A stretch of DNA of 64,000 bases from an uncultured virus (IMG/VR IMGVR_UViG_3300028373_000196) (IMGVR_UViG_3300028373_000196); one strand, 5' to 3'; shown: positions 45,964-57,363, counted from the stretch's first letter. The notes: a model not told the origin generated them from the sequence alone. Translations and numbers: made by a program.

Positions 45964-48900
45964 ATGAGATTACTTAAATCACAAAATACAAACTCAAGAA
46001 ACATCAAAGGAAGTGGCCTAAAGGTAGATCCATCGCAGCAACAAGTGTCACTTGATGTTAGCGGATCTTTAATTATTCCCAAAGGCCCAACTTCGTTACG
46101 TCCTCTCAGAGCCGCAGCTGGATCGGCACGATACAACACAGACACGCTTAAATTTGAGTATTTTGAAGGCAACGAATGGACTAATGCAATTGACATAGCC
46201 GACAATGTGTTTTATGTTACCAAGAATGGGTCAGACTCAAACAATGGCAAAACAATAGGCAGTGGATTTTCATCTATTAAATATGCATTGAGCAAAGTAC
46301 CCGAGGGTGCAACTTTGCACATTAAAGCAGGTGATTATACTTTAGAAAATCCTGTTATTGTTCCAAAGGATGTAGGAATCATTGGAGATAGTTTACGTAC
46401 AGTTATAATACGATCAGCTTCACCAAAGGTAGACATGTTTTGGGTAAACAACGGTTCGTATCTTGCCGGTATCACTTTTAAGGATCACGAAGCACCGGCA
46501 GCTGTTGTAGCATTTAACCCTGATGGATCAGCTGGACAAATTTTTAAATCTCCGTACGTACAAAACTGTACGTCTATCACTACTACCGGTACTGGTATGC
46601 GAGTCGACGGCGCACATGCAACTGGATTAAAGTCTATGGTTGTTGACGCATTTACTCAATATAACCAAGGCGGCACTGGAATTCACATGCTGAACCTAGG
46701 TAACACTCAGTTAGTTTCGGTATTTACAATTTGTTGCGAAATTGCAATTCTATGCGAATCTGGAGGATTTTGTTCATTAACAAACTCAAACAGCTCGTTT
46801 GGTACATTTGGATTAAAAGCCGATGGAGTAAGTCTTCCGAAGTATTACGGGTCAGTTGCTCAGACAATTACAGCACCAAAATTTGGTGGCTCGGATATAT
46901 TAATAAATAATTTAGTTAAGCGTCCAAACTCCGGAGACGCATTATCATTCGACGGATCAAAATATTACACAGTTTCTACAACATCCGATGTTAAAATTGG
47001 TAAAACAACGGTTGAAAATCCTAATTTTACTAATCAATTGTCGTCCCTGCAGATTGCAAGAAATACAATAATTGCAGCAACTGATGCATTAAAGGTTGAT
47101 ACAGTAGCTTATGTTAATACAACATATCCATCATTGCAATACAGTCAATCTAAATGTGCAAGAGACGTTGGCATCCTTATTAAAGCTGCTACTAGCGACA
47201 TGGTAATGAATACTAATTACAGTAGTATTGTTTCAGCAAGGTCGTACTATAATGGGTCAGCAAGTGGATTAATTAGTAACCAGTTAACGGAAACAATTGC
47301 AGCCATTGAATTCTTAAAAACAGAAATGCTAGCATTACTAACTAATGGTACTGTTCCATATATAAGAATAGAATCTAACCTTAATGAAATCATTGATATT
47401 GTAACCAATGGCATTGGTAATGCCGACACAATAGAGTTCAACGACCCAGTTGGTGTATCAAGTGCTGAACTAAGAGCTAAATCTATTTTAGTATTAAACA
47501 AAGACTTTATTATTGAAGAAGGTATTGCATATATTAACGAAAATTATCCCTCGTCGACATATAACGAAGCAGTATGCAGAACTGATATTGGTTATATAGT
47601 TGATGCTATTACATACGATGTCCTTTACGGTGGAAACAGTCAAAGTCTTGTAGCGGGTCAACAATATTATTTTGGTACTGCACTGCAATTAGGCGAAGAT
47701 GAAAAAGATTCAACTCTTGCTGTATATAATTATATTAGAACAGTTACAAAAGATTGCCTATTAAACATTACAGTTGTGCGTAAAAATTCAGTTACTACAC
47801 AAGATACTAGCACTAATTCGTCTACAGTAGAGATGACAATTAAAACAAATACATTATATGACACTATAACAGGTTATATAGAGAATGGTAGTTTTATAAA
47901 TGATTTTATTGACAACAATGAGCCAGACTTTTCGTCACAGGATGCTACTTCGTTGTCTTCAAGACAAACTATACTCGACAATAAAACTAAAATTTCTATT
48001 GATACTATTGAGTTTTTAAATGACCAATTTTCTAGTTTTGTTTACGACGAAGTACTATGTTCAAGAGACGTTGGCTTAATCATTGATGCTGTTTCTATGG
48101 ACGTTGCACTAGGAACAAATTACAACTCGGTTATTGCAGGTTTGTCTTATCAAAGAATAAACTCTCTTAAAGTAAAACAAGACCAGTTTGTACAAACTAA
48201 ATCGGCAATTGAATTTGTTAGAGATAGCTTAATTGCCCTTGAGGTTGGTACTACTGCAACCTCAAGGATTAATCTATCATTTAACGAAATGCTGGACATT
48301 TTTGAAAACAATAATCCGGACTCGATAACATTTCCGGAACCTACTAATGCAGATAGTGCAACTATTAATGCTAAGGATTTATTACAATTAAATAAAGATT
48401 TTCTTATAGCAGAGACTATTGCGTTTATTAACGACGCATTTCCTCCCCATATATACAATGAAGAAAAATGTATACGAGATGTTGGATTAATTTTAGATGC
48501 TGTTTCACTGGATGTTGTGTTAAATTCAAATCATAATTCTATCACAGCAGGACTTTCATACAGAAGAGGAAGTTCGGCAGTAGTACTTGCTAATCAATTG
48601 TCACAGACACTAGCAGCAATAGAATTTGTAAAAGTAACAATACTTGCATTAAATATTAGTTCAACTAGCAAAATTAGAGTTGCTACGTTATTTAATGAAA
48701 TAACTAACATAATAAACACAAATGCACAGAGTACAACAGTTAACACGTTACCGATTAACGCAACAGAAAATACACTCAATGCTAATTCTCAATTTGTTGC
48801 AAACAAACTCTTTATGCAAGACGAAATTGATGCATGGATTACTGTTCAAGTTGCAGAGAACATTTCACCATTTACTTTATCATTTACATATGACGCTGCT

Positions 48901-50970
48901 GCATGTCGTCGAGATGTTGGATTTATAATCGATGCATTAATATTTGATACATTATACGGTGGTAATACTGCTTCTAGAGTTGTCGCAGAGAGCTATTTTG
49001 ATAACGCTGTATTACAACTCGGCACGGGTCAAACGGCTCCGACTATTGCAGTATTTGAAAGATTACAAACAGTAGTTGCTCAGGTCATACAGAAACAAAG
49101 TGTAGTAGTGTCAACTGGCAATGCCAGTGTGCAAGATATTACCGGCGACGCAGCAAGTGTCAATGAAGCAAATGACGCAACTTCATTAATTCAAATAACC
49201 ATTGATATTGTACAAGCAGGATCAGCTGCCGGCTTGGACGAAAAAGAACTTCCTTCAATAACTTGGACGGCAACAACTGCTCAGGCTGATTATGCAACAA
49301 TTATTGGTAACAAGTCATCTGTTTCGTTACTTGCTATTGCCGAGATTAACAATGAAATTGCAGACTTTGCGTTTGACGAAGACAAGTGTGCAAGAGATGT
49401 AGGATTTATTGTTGATGCATTAACATACGATACACTTTATGGCGGTAATACTGCAATGCGCACAGTAGCATTGAGTTACTTTGCGGGCAGGACAAGTCAG
49501 CTAGGTGCCGACGAAGTTATGGAAACTATTTCAGCTTATGATCATCTTAGTTCGGTAATCACCGATGTTGTACAGGAAGTGGCAATCTCGGTAACTACTG
49601 GAAATATAGAATCACAGGTGATTAATTCAACTCCATCAAATGCAGTTACAGCAACAGGAATTGCAAGAAAATTAGAATTAGTGATCTCTGTTATAAGAGC
49701 AGGTAATACCGATTCAGTAGTTTCAAAAATTAATCCGTCAATTGCGTGGGCACCGACAGAATTACAAAGTGACTATTTAGAAATAGTTACCAGTAGTATC
49801 GACACGCGAGCAGCGACAATAGATTATATTAATACTCGATTTAGTAAGTTCAATTACAACCAGTCAAAGTGTGCAAGGGATATTAAGCTTATTATACAAG
49901 CAGTTGTTGACGACTTGGCACTTGATACTAACTATAAAACTATATTAGCAGGAAAGAGTTATTATAGAGCAAGCGCAGCAAAAGTTATTGGCAATCAGTT
50001 ATCAGAAACAACTGCGGCGATTAACTTCGTTAAGATAAAAATACTAGAATTAATAGATAGTTCTATTAGCGACTATAGTACAATTTCGGATAGTTTTGAT
50101 ATGTTAATTAACATTATATCTAACGGTACTAGTGTAGCACCTGCGATTAATTACACTGCGCCGGTTGGCGTAAATGTAAATGTAGAACAGTCAAGAGATA
50201 TTTTGCAAAATAACAAACAATTTATAATCGACGAGGGTACTGCATTTATTTCTTTATATTATCCGTTACTCGAATACAATTCTGCAAAATGTGAAGAAGA
50301 TATTGCATTTATAATAGATGCAATTACATACGATTTATTATACAATGGAAACAGTCAAACAATTGATGCCGCTGATGAATATTATAGCGGCGGCACATTA
50401 CAGATTCCGGCAAGTCAAAAATCTGTCACCCTTGCAACTTATGCAAGATTAAAAGATGTTGTATCTGATTGCATAACTAACATTACAGTTAATTCACTGC
50501 AATCCGTAAGTGTACAAGATACTTCGATTGCACCTGCTACAGCTACCGAAGTGATCAAAGTTGAGGAGTTGTTTGACATTGTAATTAGACTGGTTGATAA
50601 CGGATATGTATGTCAGGTAACACTTGATGAAACTATTCCACTTGATACCAACGACATTATATCAGGATCTTCAGTTAGTTTCCATCAGTATAGTTTAATT
50701 ACTGCAAGCGGACATACATTTGAGTGGGTCGGCGCCGGCATAGACGTTAACGCTGCATTACCGTACGAAGGTGGACGGCCAATTCTAGAAAATCAAGTTA
50801 TACAACAAAACGGCGGCAGAGTCTACTATACTGGTACAGATCAGGAAGGCGATTTTAGAATCGGTGATGACTTAACGATAAATAGAACGACAGGTACAAT
50901 TGAAGGCGACACTTTTGATAGAAGTTTGTTTGCTGTGCTAACACCATACATACTAGCAATTGAGGATTAA
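45964..50970 (+). CDS. Large virion structural protein: pectin-lyase-like beta-helix interrupted by eight helical C-x-x-D repeats
   Basis: 1668 aa, VFYVTKNGSDSNNG...GDSLR...SPYVQNCTS...DAFTQ; C-terminal TDQEGDFRIG; eight repeats of about 140-160 aa. Confidence 0.75.
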   Translation: MRLLKSQNTNSRNIKGSGLKVDPSQQQVSLDVSGSLIIPKGPTSLRPLRAAAGSARYNTDTLKFEYFEGNEWTNAIDIADNVFYVTKNGSDSNNGKTIGSGFSSIKYALSKVPEGATLHIKAGDYTLENPVIVPKDVGIIGDSLRTVIIRSASPKVDMFWVNNGSYLAGITFKDHEAPAAVVAFNPDGSAGQIFKSPYVQNCTSITTTGTGMRVDGAHATGLKSMVVDAFTQYNQGGTGIHMLNLGNTQLVSVFTICCEIAILCESGGFCSLTNSNSSFGTFGLKADGVSLPKYYGSVAQTITAPKFGGSDILINNLVKRPNSGDALSFDGSKYYTVSTTSDVKIGKTTVENPNFTNQLSSLQIARNTIIAATDALKVDTVAYVNTTYPSLQYSQSKCARDVGILIKAATSDMVMNTNYSSIVSARSYYNGSASGLISNQLTETIAAIEFLKTEMLALLTNGTVPYIRIESNLNEIIDIVTNGIGNADTIEFNDPVGVSSAELRAKSILVLNKDFIIEEGIAYINENYPSSTYNEAVCRTDIGYIVDAITYDVLYGGNSQSLVAGQQYYFGTALQLGEDEKDSTLAVYNYIRTVTKDCLLNITVVRKNSVTTQDTSTNSSTVEMTIKTNTLYDTITGYIENGSFINDFIDNNEPDFSSQDATSLSSRQTILDNKTKISIDTIEFLNDQFSSFVYDEVLCSRDVGLIIDAVSMDVALGTNYNSVIAGLSYQRINSLKVKQDQFVQTKSAIEFVRDSLIALEVGTTATSRINLSFNEMLDIFENNNPDSITFPEPTNADSATINAKDLLQLNKDFLIAETIAFINDAFPPHIYNEEKCIRDVGLILDAVSLDVVLNSNHNSITAGLSYRRGSSAVVLANQLSQTLAAIEFVKVTILALNISSTSKIRVATLFNEITNIINTNAQSTTVNTLPINATENTLNANSQFVANKLFMQDEIDAWITVQVAENISPFTLSFTYDAAACRRDVGFIIDALIFDTLYGGNTASRVVAESYFDNAVLQLGTGQTAPTIAVFERLQTVVAQVIQKQSVVVSTGNASVQDITGDAASVNEANDATSLIQITIDIVQAGSAAGLDEKELPSITWTATTAQADYATIIGNKSSVSLLAIAEINNEIADFAFDEDKCARDVGFIVDALTYDTLYGGNTAMRTVALSYFAGRTSQLGADEVMETISAYDHLSSVITDVVQEVAISVTTGNIESQVINSTPSNAVTATGIARKLELVISVIRAGNTDSVVSKINPSIAWAPTELQSDYLEIVTSSIDTRAATIDYINTRFSKFNYNQSKCARDIKLIIQAVVDDLALDTNYKTILAGKSYYRASAAKVIGNQLSETTAAINFVKIKILELIDSSISDYSTISDSFDMLINIISNGTSVAPAINYTAPVGVNVNVEQSRDILQNNKQFIIDEGTAFISLYYPLLEYNSAKCEEDIAFIIDAITYDLLYNGNSQTIDAADEYYSGGTLQIPASQKSVTLATYARLKDVVSDCITNITVNSLQSVSVQDTSIAPATATEVIKVEELFDIVIRLVDNGYVCQVTLDETIPLDTNDIISGSSVSFHQYSLITASGHTFEWVGAGIDVNAALPYEGGRPILENQVIQQNGGRVYYTGTDQEGDFRIGDDLTINRTTGTIEGDTFDRSLFAVLTPYILAIED

Positions 50971-50975
50971 TAATA

Positions 50976-51314
50976 ATGGCATCACCTATTAACGTATTTA
51001 GAACTATAACAGCAGACGTAACAACTGCTAACGAAATAATATATAGTTCACCACTAGGAAACACCGGAATTGTTCTAATGGCACAAGTTGCTAACATAAC
51101 TACGTCAAGTGCTGAAATAACTTTTACACATTTTAACAGTTCGACTAATACAGATACAGAATTAGTAAAGGGATTTACAATCCCTGGAAACGATTCAACT
51201 AGCTTAATTACAGGTAAACTAATTATCGAGGAAGGCAACAGTATTAAAATATATGCATCGTCAGATAATGCATTTAAAATTACACTGAGTGTACTGGAGT
51301 CGCTTAATGCGTAA
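50976..51314 (+). CDS. Small beta-rich virion protein
   Basis: 112 aa, IVLMAQVAN...GKLIIEEGNSI...LSVLES. Confidence 0.65.
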   Translation: MASPINVFRTITADVTTANEIIYSSPLGNTGIVLMAQVANITTSSAEITFTHFNSSTNTDTELVKGFTIPGNDSTSLITGKLIIEEGNSIKIYASSDNAFKITLSVLESLNA

Positions 51315-54312
51315 TTTAAAACTTTTAAGTAATAAAGTTAAAAAAACTCCGTCTGCAGATGCCTCTGCAGACCGTTATGATTTTATAGATCTACAAAATG
51401 CCGAGCCAGACTTAGGAGTACCCACAGTTGAAAATAGTGTTCCGGCATCAGATATTTCTGGTACACGAAAATGGTTAAACTTTGACAATGGCATAGAAGT
51501 TAATAACGATGATTCAATTAGCGTTGATAGCACTGTTATTCGAACATCAGGTGACCAAGTTATTAATGGACTTAAAACATTTCAGGACATTTCAACGTTT
51601 GAAAACGGCATAAATGTTGCCGACTTAAATATTAGTGGTGTTACAATTACATCAGAGATTGATGAAAATATTGTACTCAACCCTAACGGCACTGGGGTTG
51701 TTTCTGTAACTAATTCAAGAATTATTAATGTATTACCGCCAACTGGCCCGCAAGATGCTGCTACCAAGAACTATGTTGACACATTTAATTCTGGAAAGTA
51801 TTCAAACTGGACATATATAACTGGCAATTATACTGCTATTTCCGGAGATGCATTATTACTTGATAGTACTACTACTGGATCATTTAATGTTACATTGCCG
51901 GCTGCACCAGTATCGGGTAGTGTTGTTATTATCGGCGACGGTGGCAATGTAGCGGTTAATAATGTTACAGTAATACGCAACGGGAATACAATCGAAGGAC
52001 AGACTAATGACTATGTATTATCAGTTTCTGAAGAGATTAATAGGTTTATATTTGATGGTTCTACATGGCAAATATTAACGTCAACAACTGCATTGCTTGG
52101 AGCCGAAACCTCTGATACAGAGCCAAGCAATGCAGTAGACGGACAAGTTTGGTTTAATACGTCTGACTCGACTCTTAATATATATTATGATGATGGAACA
52201 AGTCAACAATGGGTAACCACTAGTGGTCCACAAGGACCACAAGGTGATACTGGTAGTAGCAGCGACCGCTACAAAACAACTAGTTCATCGACACTTACTA
52301 TTAGCACAGGTACAAAAAACTTAGTTGTTGACGAAGATTTATCATACTCTATCTCTCAAACAGTTATTATATCATTTGACAGCATAAACTTTATGACAGG
52401 CGAAGTAGTTAGCTACAATCCTGTTAATGGAGATCTTGAAGTTAATGTTACATCGATAACTGGATCTGGCACATATAGTACATGGGATGTAAACTTAGAC
52501 GGAGTTGCAGGCATAAAAGGTGACACTGGATTTACTGGATCTGTTGGCACTGGGTTTTCTGGATCTCAGGGAATACGTGGCCCAATCGGCTATACTGGAT
52601 CTCGCGGATTTACTGGGTCACAGGGCAATCTTGGCTATACTGGATCACAGGGTAATCTTGGCTATACTGGATCTCGCGGATTTACTGGGTCACAGGGCAA
52701 TCTTGGCTATACTGGATCACAGGGTAATCTTGGCTATACTGGATCTCTCGGATTTACTGGGTCCCGAGGTATTCAAGGTACAACGGGCATCCAAGGTATT
52801 CAAGGAACTACTGGCATTCAAGGCATAGATGGGTCCCAAGGTATTCAAGGTATAGATGGGACTTTGGGCGCACAGGGTATTCAGGGTATTCAAGGTATTC
52901 AAGGAACAGCGGGTATTCAGGGTATTCAAGGTATTCAAGGTATTCAAGGAACTACTGGCATTCAAGGAACAGTTGGGTCCCAGGGTATTCAAGGAACAGC
53001 GGGTATTCAGGGTATTCAAGGTATTCAAGGTATTCAAGGAACTACTGGCATTCAAGGCATTCAGGGAACTACTGGTATTCAAGGTAGACAAGGCGTTCAA
53101 GGAACAACTGGCATTCAAGGTATTCAAGGAACTACTGGCATTCAGGGCATAGATGGAACCTTGGGCGCACAAGGTATTCAGGGTATTCGAGGAACTACTG
53201 GTATTCAAGGAACTACTGGCATTCAGGGCATAGATGGAACCTTGGGCGCACAAGGTATTCAAGGAACTACTGGCATTCAAGGTATTCAAGGAACTACTGG
53301 CATTCAGGGCATAGATGGAACCTTGGGCGCACAAGGTATTCAGGGTATTCGAGGAACTACTGGTATTCAAGGAACTACTGGCATTCAGGGCATAGATGGA
53401 ACCTTGGGCGCACAAGGTATTCAAGGTATTCGAGGAACTACTGGTATTCAAGGAACTACTGGCATTCAGGGCATAGATGGTACTCTGGGTGCACAAGGTG
53501 CACAGGGTATTCAAGGCATTCAAGGAACTACTGGTATTCGAGGTATAGATGGTACTCTGGGTGCACAGGGTATTCAAGGCATTCAAGGAACTACTGGTAT
53601 TCGAGGTATAGATGGTACTCTGGGTGCACAAGGTGCACAGGGTATTCAAGGCATTCAAGGAACTACTGGTATTCGAGGTATAGATGGTACTCTGGGTGCA
53701 CAAGGTGCACAGGGTATTCAAGGCATTCAAGGAACTACTGGTATTCGAGGTATAGATGGTACTCTGGGTGCACAGGGTATTCAAGGCATTCAAGGCATTC
53801 AGGGAACTACTGGCATTCAGGGCATAGATGGTACTCTGGGTGCACAAGGTGCACAGGGTATTCAAGGCATTCAGGGAACAACTGGAACTGGAACCCAAGG
53901 AACAACTGGTTCCACAGGCCCAGTAGCAGGCTCAGCAAACCAAGTAATATATAAAAACTCTTCAAACACTGCAGAAGGATCAGCCAATCTCATTTTTGAT
54001 GGTGCGAACTTGACTGTTTCGGGAGACGTGACTTCTCTATCAGACGAAAGAAAAAAGACAAACATAACTAGATTGAAATCTTCTTTAGAAAAAGTCCTAA
54101 TGCTTGAAGGTGTAAACTACACCATGATATCCGACGAATCGGACAGAGTCCACATGGGACTAATCGCACAGAAGACAGAAGAACACGTGCCAGAAGTAGT
54201 TTATGAGTTTAATGGGATGAAGTCTGTTGCATATGGTAATATAGTTGCACTGCTAATCGAAGCTGTAAAAGACATACAGGCACAAATAGAAGATATTAAA
54301 AATGGGGTTTAA
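51307..54312 (+). CDS. Collagen-like tail fibre with a C-terminal intramolecular chaperone (peptidase S74)
   Basis: DAATKNYVD, about 470 aa of G-X-Y repeats, SDERKKTNI...GLIAQ...LLIEAVK; likely start ATG at 51307. Confidence 0.85.
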   Translation: MRNLKLLSNKVKKTPSADASADRYDFIDLQNAEPDLGVPTVENSVPASDISGTRKWLNFDNGIEVNNDDSISVDSTVIRTSGDQVINGLKTFQDISTFENGINVADLNISGVTITSEIDENIVLNPNGTGVVSVTNSRIINVLPPTGPQDAATKNYVDTFNSGKYSNWTYITGNYTAISGDALLLDSTTTGSFNVTLPAAPVSGSVVIIGDGGNVAVNNVTVIRNGNTIEGQTNDYVLSVSEEINRFIFDGSTWQILTSTTALLGAETSDTEPSNAVDGQVWFNTSDSTLNIYYDDGTSQQWVTTSGPQGPQGDTGSSSDRYKTTSSSTLTISTGTKNLVVDEDLSYSISQTVIISFDSINFMTGEVVSYNPVNGDLEVNVTSITGSGTYSTWDVNLDGVAGIKGDTGFTGSVGTGFSGSQGIRGPIGYTGSRGFTGSQGNLGYTGSQGNLGYTGSRGFTGSQGNLGYTGSQGNLGYTGSLGFTGSRGIQGTTGIQGIQGTTGIQGIDGSQGIQGIDGTLGAQGIQGIQGIQGTAGIQGIQGIQGIQGTTGIQGTVGSQGIQGTAGIQGIQGIQGIQGTTGIQGIQGTTGIQGRQGVQGTTGIQGIQGTTGIQGIDGTLGAQGIQGIRGTTGIQGTTGIQGIDGTLGAQGIQGTTGIQGIQGTTGIQGIDGTLGAQGIQGIRGTTGIQGTTGIQGIDGTLGAQGIQGIRGTTGIQGTTGIQGIDGTLGAQGAQGIQGIQGTTGIRGIDGTLGAQGIQGIQGTTGIRGIDGTLGAQGAQGIQGIQGTTGIRGIDGTLGAQGAQGIQGIQGTTGIRGIDGTLGAQGIQGIQGIQGTTGIQGIDGTLGAQGAQGIQGIQGTTGTGTQGTTGSTGPVAGSANQVIYKNSSNTAEGSANLIFDGANLTVSGDVTSLSDERKKTNITRLKSSLEKVLMLEGVNYTMISDESDRVHMGLIAQKTEEHVPEVVYEFNGMKSVAYGNIVALLIEAVKDIQAQIEDIKNGV
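52501..53922 (+). repeat. Collagen G-X-Y tandem repeats (9-nt units with higher-order duplications)
   Basis: ggtattcaa, ggaactact and ggcatagat units. Confidence 0.95.
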
Positions 54313-55543
54313 ATCAAGCAAAGACGGTACGGTGACATCTGCCAAAGATGCCACATCACCAAGAGGTATACCATTTATGTATAACACAGGCGACAATACG
54401 ACAGTACCCACCAATGAAACAAAAATAACAGCAAGTGATGGTGCAGCAGGTGACCGATTTGGATGGTCTGTGGCAGTCGGTTCAGGTAGAATTGTAGTTG
54501 GTGCACGCCTTGATGATGATTTAGGAAGTGATTCGGGTTCTGCATACATATTTGATCTTGATGGAACCCAGCTTGCAAAAATAACAGCAAGTGATGGTGC
54601 AGCATTTGACTATTTTGGATGGTCTGTGGCAGTCGGTTCAGGCAGAATTGTAGTTGGTGCATGGAGTGATGATGATGCAGGAAGCAATTCAGGTTCTGCA
54701 TATATATTTGATCTTGATGGAAACCAGATTGCAAAGATAACAGCAAGCGATGGTGCAGCAGGTGACTTTTTTGGATATTCTGTGGCAGTCGGTTCAGGCA
54801 GAATTGTAGTTGGTGCATATGGTGATGATGATGCAGGAAGCAATTCAGGTTCTGCATATATATTTGATCTTGATGGAAACCAGATTGCAAAGATAACAGC
54901 AAGCGATGGTGCAGCAGGTGACTTTTTTGGATATTCTGTGGCAGTCGGTTCAGGTAGAATTGTAGTTGGTGCATATGGTGATGATGATGCAGGAAGTGCT
55001 TCAGGCTCTGCATACATTTTTGATCTTGATGGAAACCAGATTGCAAAGATAACAGCAAGCGATGGTGCAGCGAACGACTTTTTTGGATATTCTGTGGCAG
55101 TCGGTTCAGGTAGAATTGTAGTTGGTGCATATGGTGATGATGATGCAGGAAGTGCTTCAGGTTCTGCATACATTTTTGATCTTGATGGAAATCAGATTGC
55201 AAAGATAACTGCAAGTGATGGTGCAGCGGGCAGCCGATTTGGATATTCTGTGGCAGTCGGTTCAGGTAGAATTGTAGTTGGTGCATGGCTAGATGATGAC
55301 GCAGGAAGTGCTTCAGGTTCTGCATACATATTTGATCTTGATGGAACCCAAATCACAAAAATAACAGCAAGCGATGGTGCAACATTTGACCGATTTGGAC
55401 AGTCTGTGGCAGTCGGTTCAGGTAGAATTGTAGTTGGTGCACCACTTGATGATGACGCGGGAAGTGATTCGGGTTCTGCATACACATATACAACACCACC
55501 TGTTGTAACACCGTATGATGTACAAGATTGGAGCAGAACATAA
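54302..55543 (+). CDS. FG-GAP repeat seven-bladed beta-propeller protein 1
   Basis: 7 x 52-aa KITASDG..D.FG.SVAVGSGRIVVGA..DDD.GS.SGSAYIFDLDG repeats. Confidence 0.85.
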   Translation: MGFKSSKDGTVTSAKDATSPRGIPFMYNTGDNTTVPTNETKITASDGAAGDRFGWSVAVGSGRIVVGARLDDDLGSDSGSAYIFDLDGTQLAKITASDGAAFDYFGWSVAVGSGRIVVGAWSDDDAGSNSGSAYIFDLDGNQIAKITASDGAAGDFFGYSVAVGSGRIVVGAYGDDDAGSNSGSAYIFDLDGNQIAKITASDGAAGDFFGYSVAVGSGRIVVGAYGDDDAGSASGSAYIFDLDGNQIAKITASDGAANDFFGYSVAVGSGRIVVGAYGDDDAGSASGSAYIFDLDGNQIAKITASDGAAGSRFGYSVAVGSGRIVVGAWLDDDAGSASGSAYIFDLDGTQITKITASDGATFDRFGQSVAVGSGRIVVGAPLDDDAGSDSGSAYTYTTPPVVTPYDVQDWSRT

Positions 55544-56757
55544 TGACATTTAAAACAACATCAGTTGTAATTGATGATTACGCTTCGGTTATACACGAGT
55601 CTTTCAACAAGATAACAACAAACATTGTTGCAACAGAAACAAAAATAACAGCAAGTGATGGTGCAGCGGATGACCAATTTGGACAGTCTGTGGCAGTCGG
55701 TTCAGGTAGAATTGTAGTTGGTGCATGGAGTGATGATGATGCAGGAAGCAATTCAGGTTCTGCATATATATTTGATCTTGATGGAAACCAGATTGCAAAG
55801 ATAACAGCAAGCGATGGTGCAATAGGAGACCGATTTGGATATTCTGTGGCAGTCGGGTCAGGTAGAATTGTAGTTGGTGCATGGAGTGATGATGATAACG
55901 GATCCACTTCAGGTTCTGCATACATTTTTGATCTTGATGGAAACCAGATTGCAAAAATAACAGCAAGTGATGGTGCAGCGAACGACCAATTTGGATATTC
56001 TGTTGCTGTCGGTTCAGGTAGAATTGTTGTTGGTGCATATGGTGATGATGATGCAGGAAGTGTTTCAGGTTCTGCATACATTTTTGATCTTGATGGAAAT
56101 CAGATTGCAAAGATAACGGCAAGCGATGGTGCAACAAGTGACCAATTTGGATGGTCTGTGGCAATCGGTTCAGGCAGAATTGTAGTTGGTGCATGGGGCA
56201 ACAATGACGCAGGAGATGATTCAGGTTCTGCATATATATTTGATCTTGATGGAACCCAGATTGCAAAGATAACAGCAAGTGATGGTGCAGCGGGTGACGA
56301 ATTTGGATATTCTGTGGCAGTCGGTTCAGGTAGAATTGTAGTTGGTGCACGGAGTGATGATGATGCAGGAAGTGCTTCAGGCTCTGCATACATTTTTGAT
56401 CTTGATGGAAACCAGATTGCAAAGATAACAGCAGGTGATGGTGCAGCATTTGACCGATTTGGATGGTCTGTGGCAGTCGGTTCAGGTAGAATTGTAGTTG
56501 GTGCACGATTTGATGATGACGCGGGAAGTGATTCGGGTTCTGCATACATATTTGATCTTGATGGAAATCAGATTGCAAAGATAACAGCAAGCGATGGTGC
56601 AGCGGATGACTTTTTTGGATATTCCGTGGCAGTCGGTTCAGGTAGAATTGTAGTTGGTGCATATGGTGATGATGACGCAGGAGGCCAATCAGGTTCTGCA
56701 TACATATATAAAATAGACGAAACCTTCGATGTATATATCGAAGGCATTATAAATTGA
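55543..56757 (+). CDS. FG-GAP repeat beta-propeller protein 2
   Basis: 7 repeats; likely start ATG at 55543 (TAATG coupling). Confidence 0.85.
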   Translation: MTFKTTSVVIDDYASVIHESFNKITTNIVATETKITASDGAADDQFGQSVAVGSGRIVVGAWSDDDAGSNSGSAYIFDLDGNQIAKITASDGAIGDRFGYSVAVGSGRIVVGAWSDDDNGSTSGSAYIFDLDGNQIAKITASDGAANDQFGYSVAVGSGRIVVGAYGDDDAGSVSGSAYIFDLDGNQIAKITASDGATSDQFGWSVAIGSGRIVVGAWGNNDAGDDSGSAYIFDLDGTQIAKITASDGAAGDEFGYSVAVGSGRIVVGARSDDDAGSASGSAYIFDLDGNQIAKITAGDGAAFDRFGWSVAVGSGRIVVGARFDDDAGSDSGSAYIFDLDGNQIAKITASDGAADDFFGYSVAVGSGRIVVGAYGDDDAGGQSGSAYIYKIDETFDVYIEGIIN

Positions 56758-56772
56758 AACAGGGAGTTTAAT

Positions 56773-57363
56773 ATGTTATACGCACGGATAGACGAGAGTG
56801 GGAATGTCATTGAGTTTCCTGTTAGTATACGAGGTCAGATTTTGTCCGATGATATTGTAGAAGTATCAACCACTAACGCACCCACTGTCACATGGGACAA
56901 AAAAATAATGTGGAGTGGTGTGGAGATCGTTGATGGCAACTACTTCGTATTGTACGAAACGCCGACAGACAAATTTGCTACAAATGAGGCAAAATTAAAA
57001 GCCATCACTACACTTAAAAAACAAAAAGCAGAACAAAATGAAAAGACATTCAAACAAAGATCCATGGAGCTTGCAGGAGAGTACAGCGATTTTGAAAGAG
57101 AGTCTTGGAGTCAGCAAAGATCAGAGGCAATTGCATATAATATCGATAATACTTCGCCCACCCCACTTCTATCTTCTATATGCGCAGCAAGAGGCGTGTC
57201 AATATCTCTTTTTGTATCATTTGTACTTGAAAATACTCAAGTATATGAGCATTTTTACGGTGCGTTGTTAGGCACATATCAAAAAAACAAGGACATTTTA
57301 GGAGACATCTCTTTGACAGATGAACAGACGTGGCACCTAATCGACGATGTGGTGAGATTGTAA
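56773..57363 (+). CDS. Tail fibre assembly/associated protein
   Basis: ERESWSQQRSEA...TPLLSSICAARG motif seen in fibre-associated proteins; SD GGGAG. Confidence 0.55.
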   Translation: MLYARIDESGNVIEFPVSIRGQILSDDIVEVSTTNAPTVTWDKKIMWSGVEIVDGNYFVLYETPTDKFATNEAKLKAITTLKKQKAEQNEKTFKQRSMELAGEYSDFERESWSQQRSEAIAYNIDNTSPTPLLSSICAARGVSISLFVSFVLENTQVYEHFYGALLGTYQKNKDILGDISLTDEQTWHLIDDVVRL

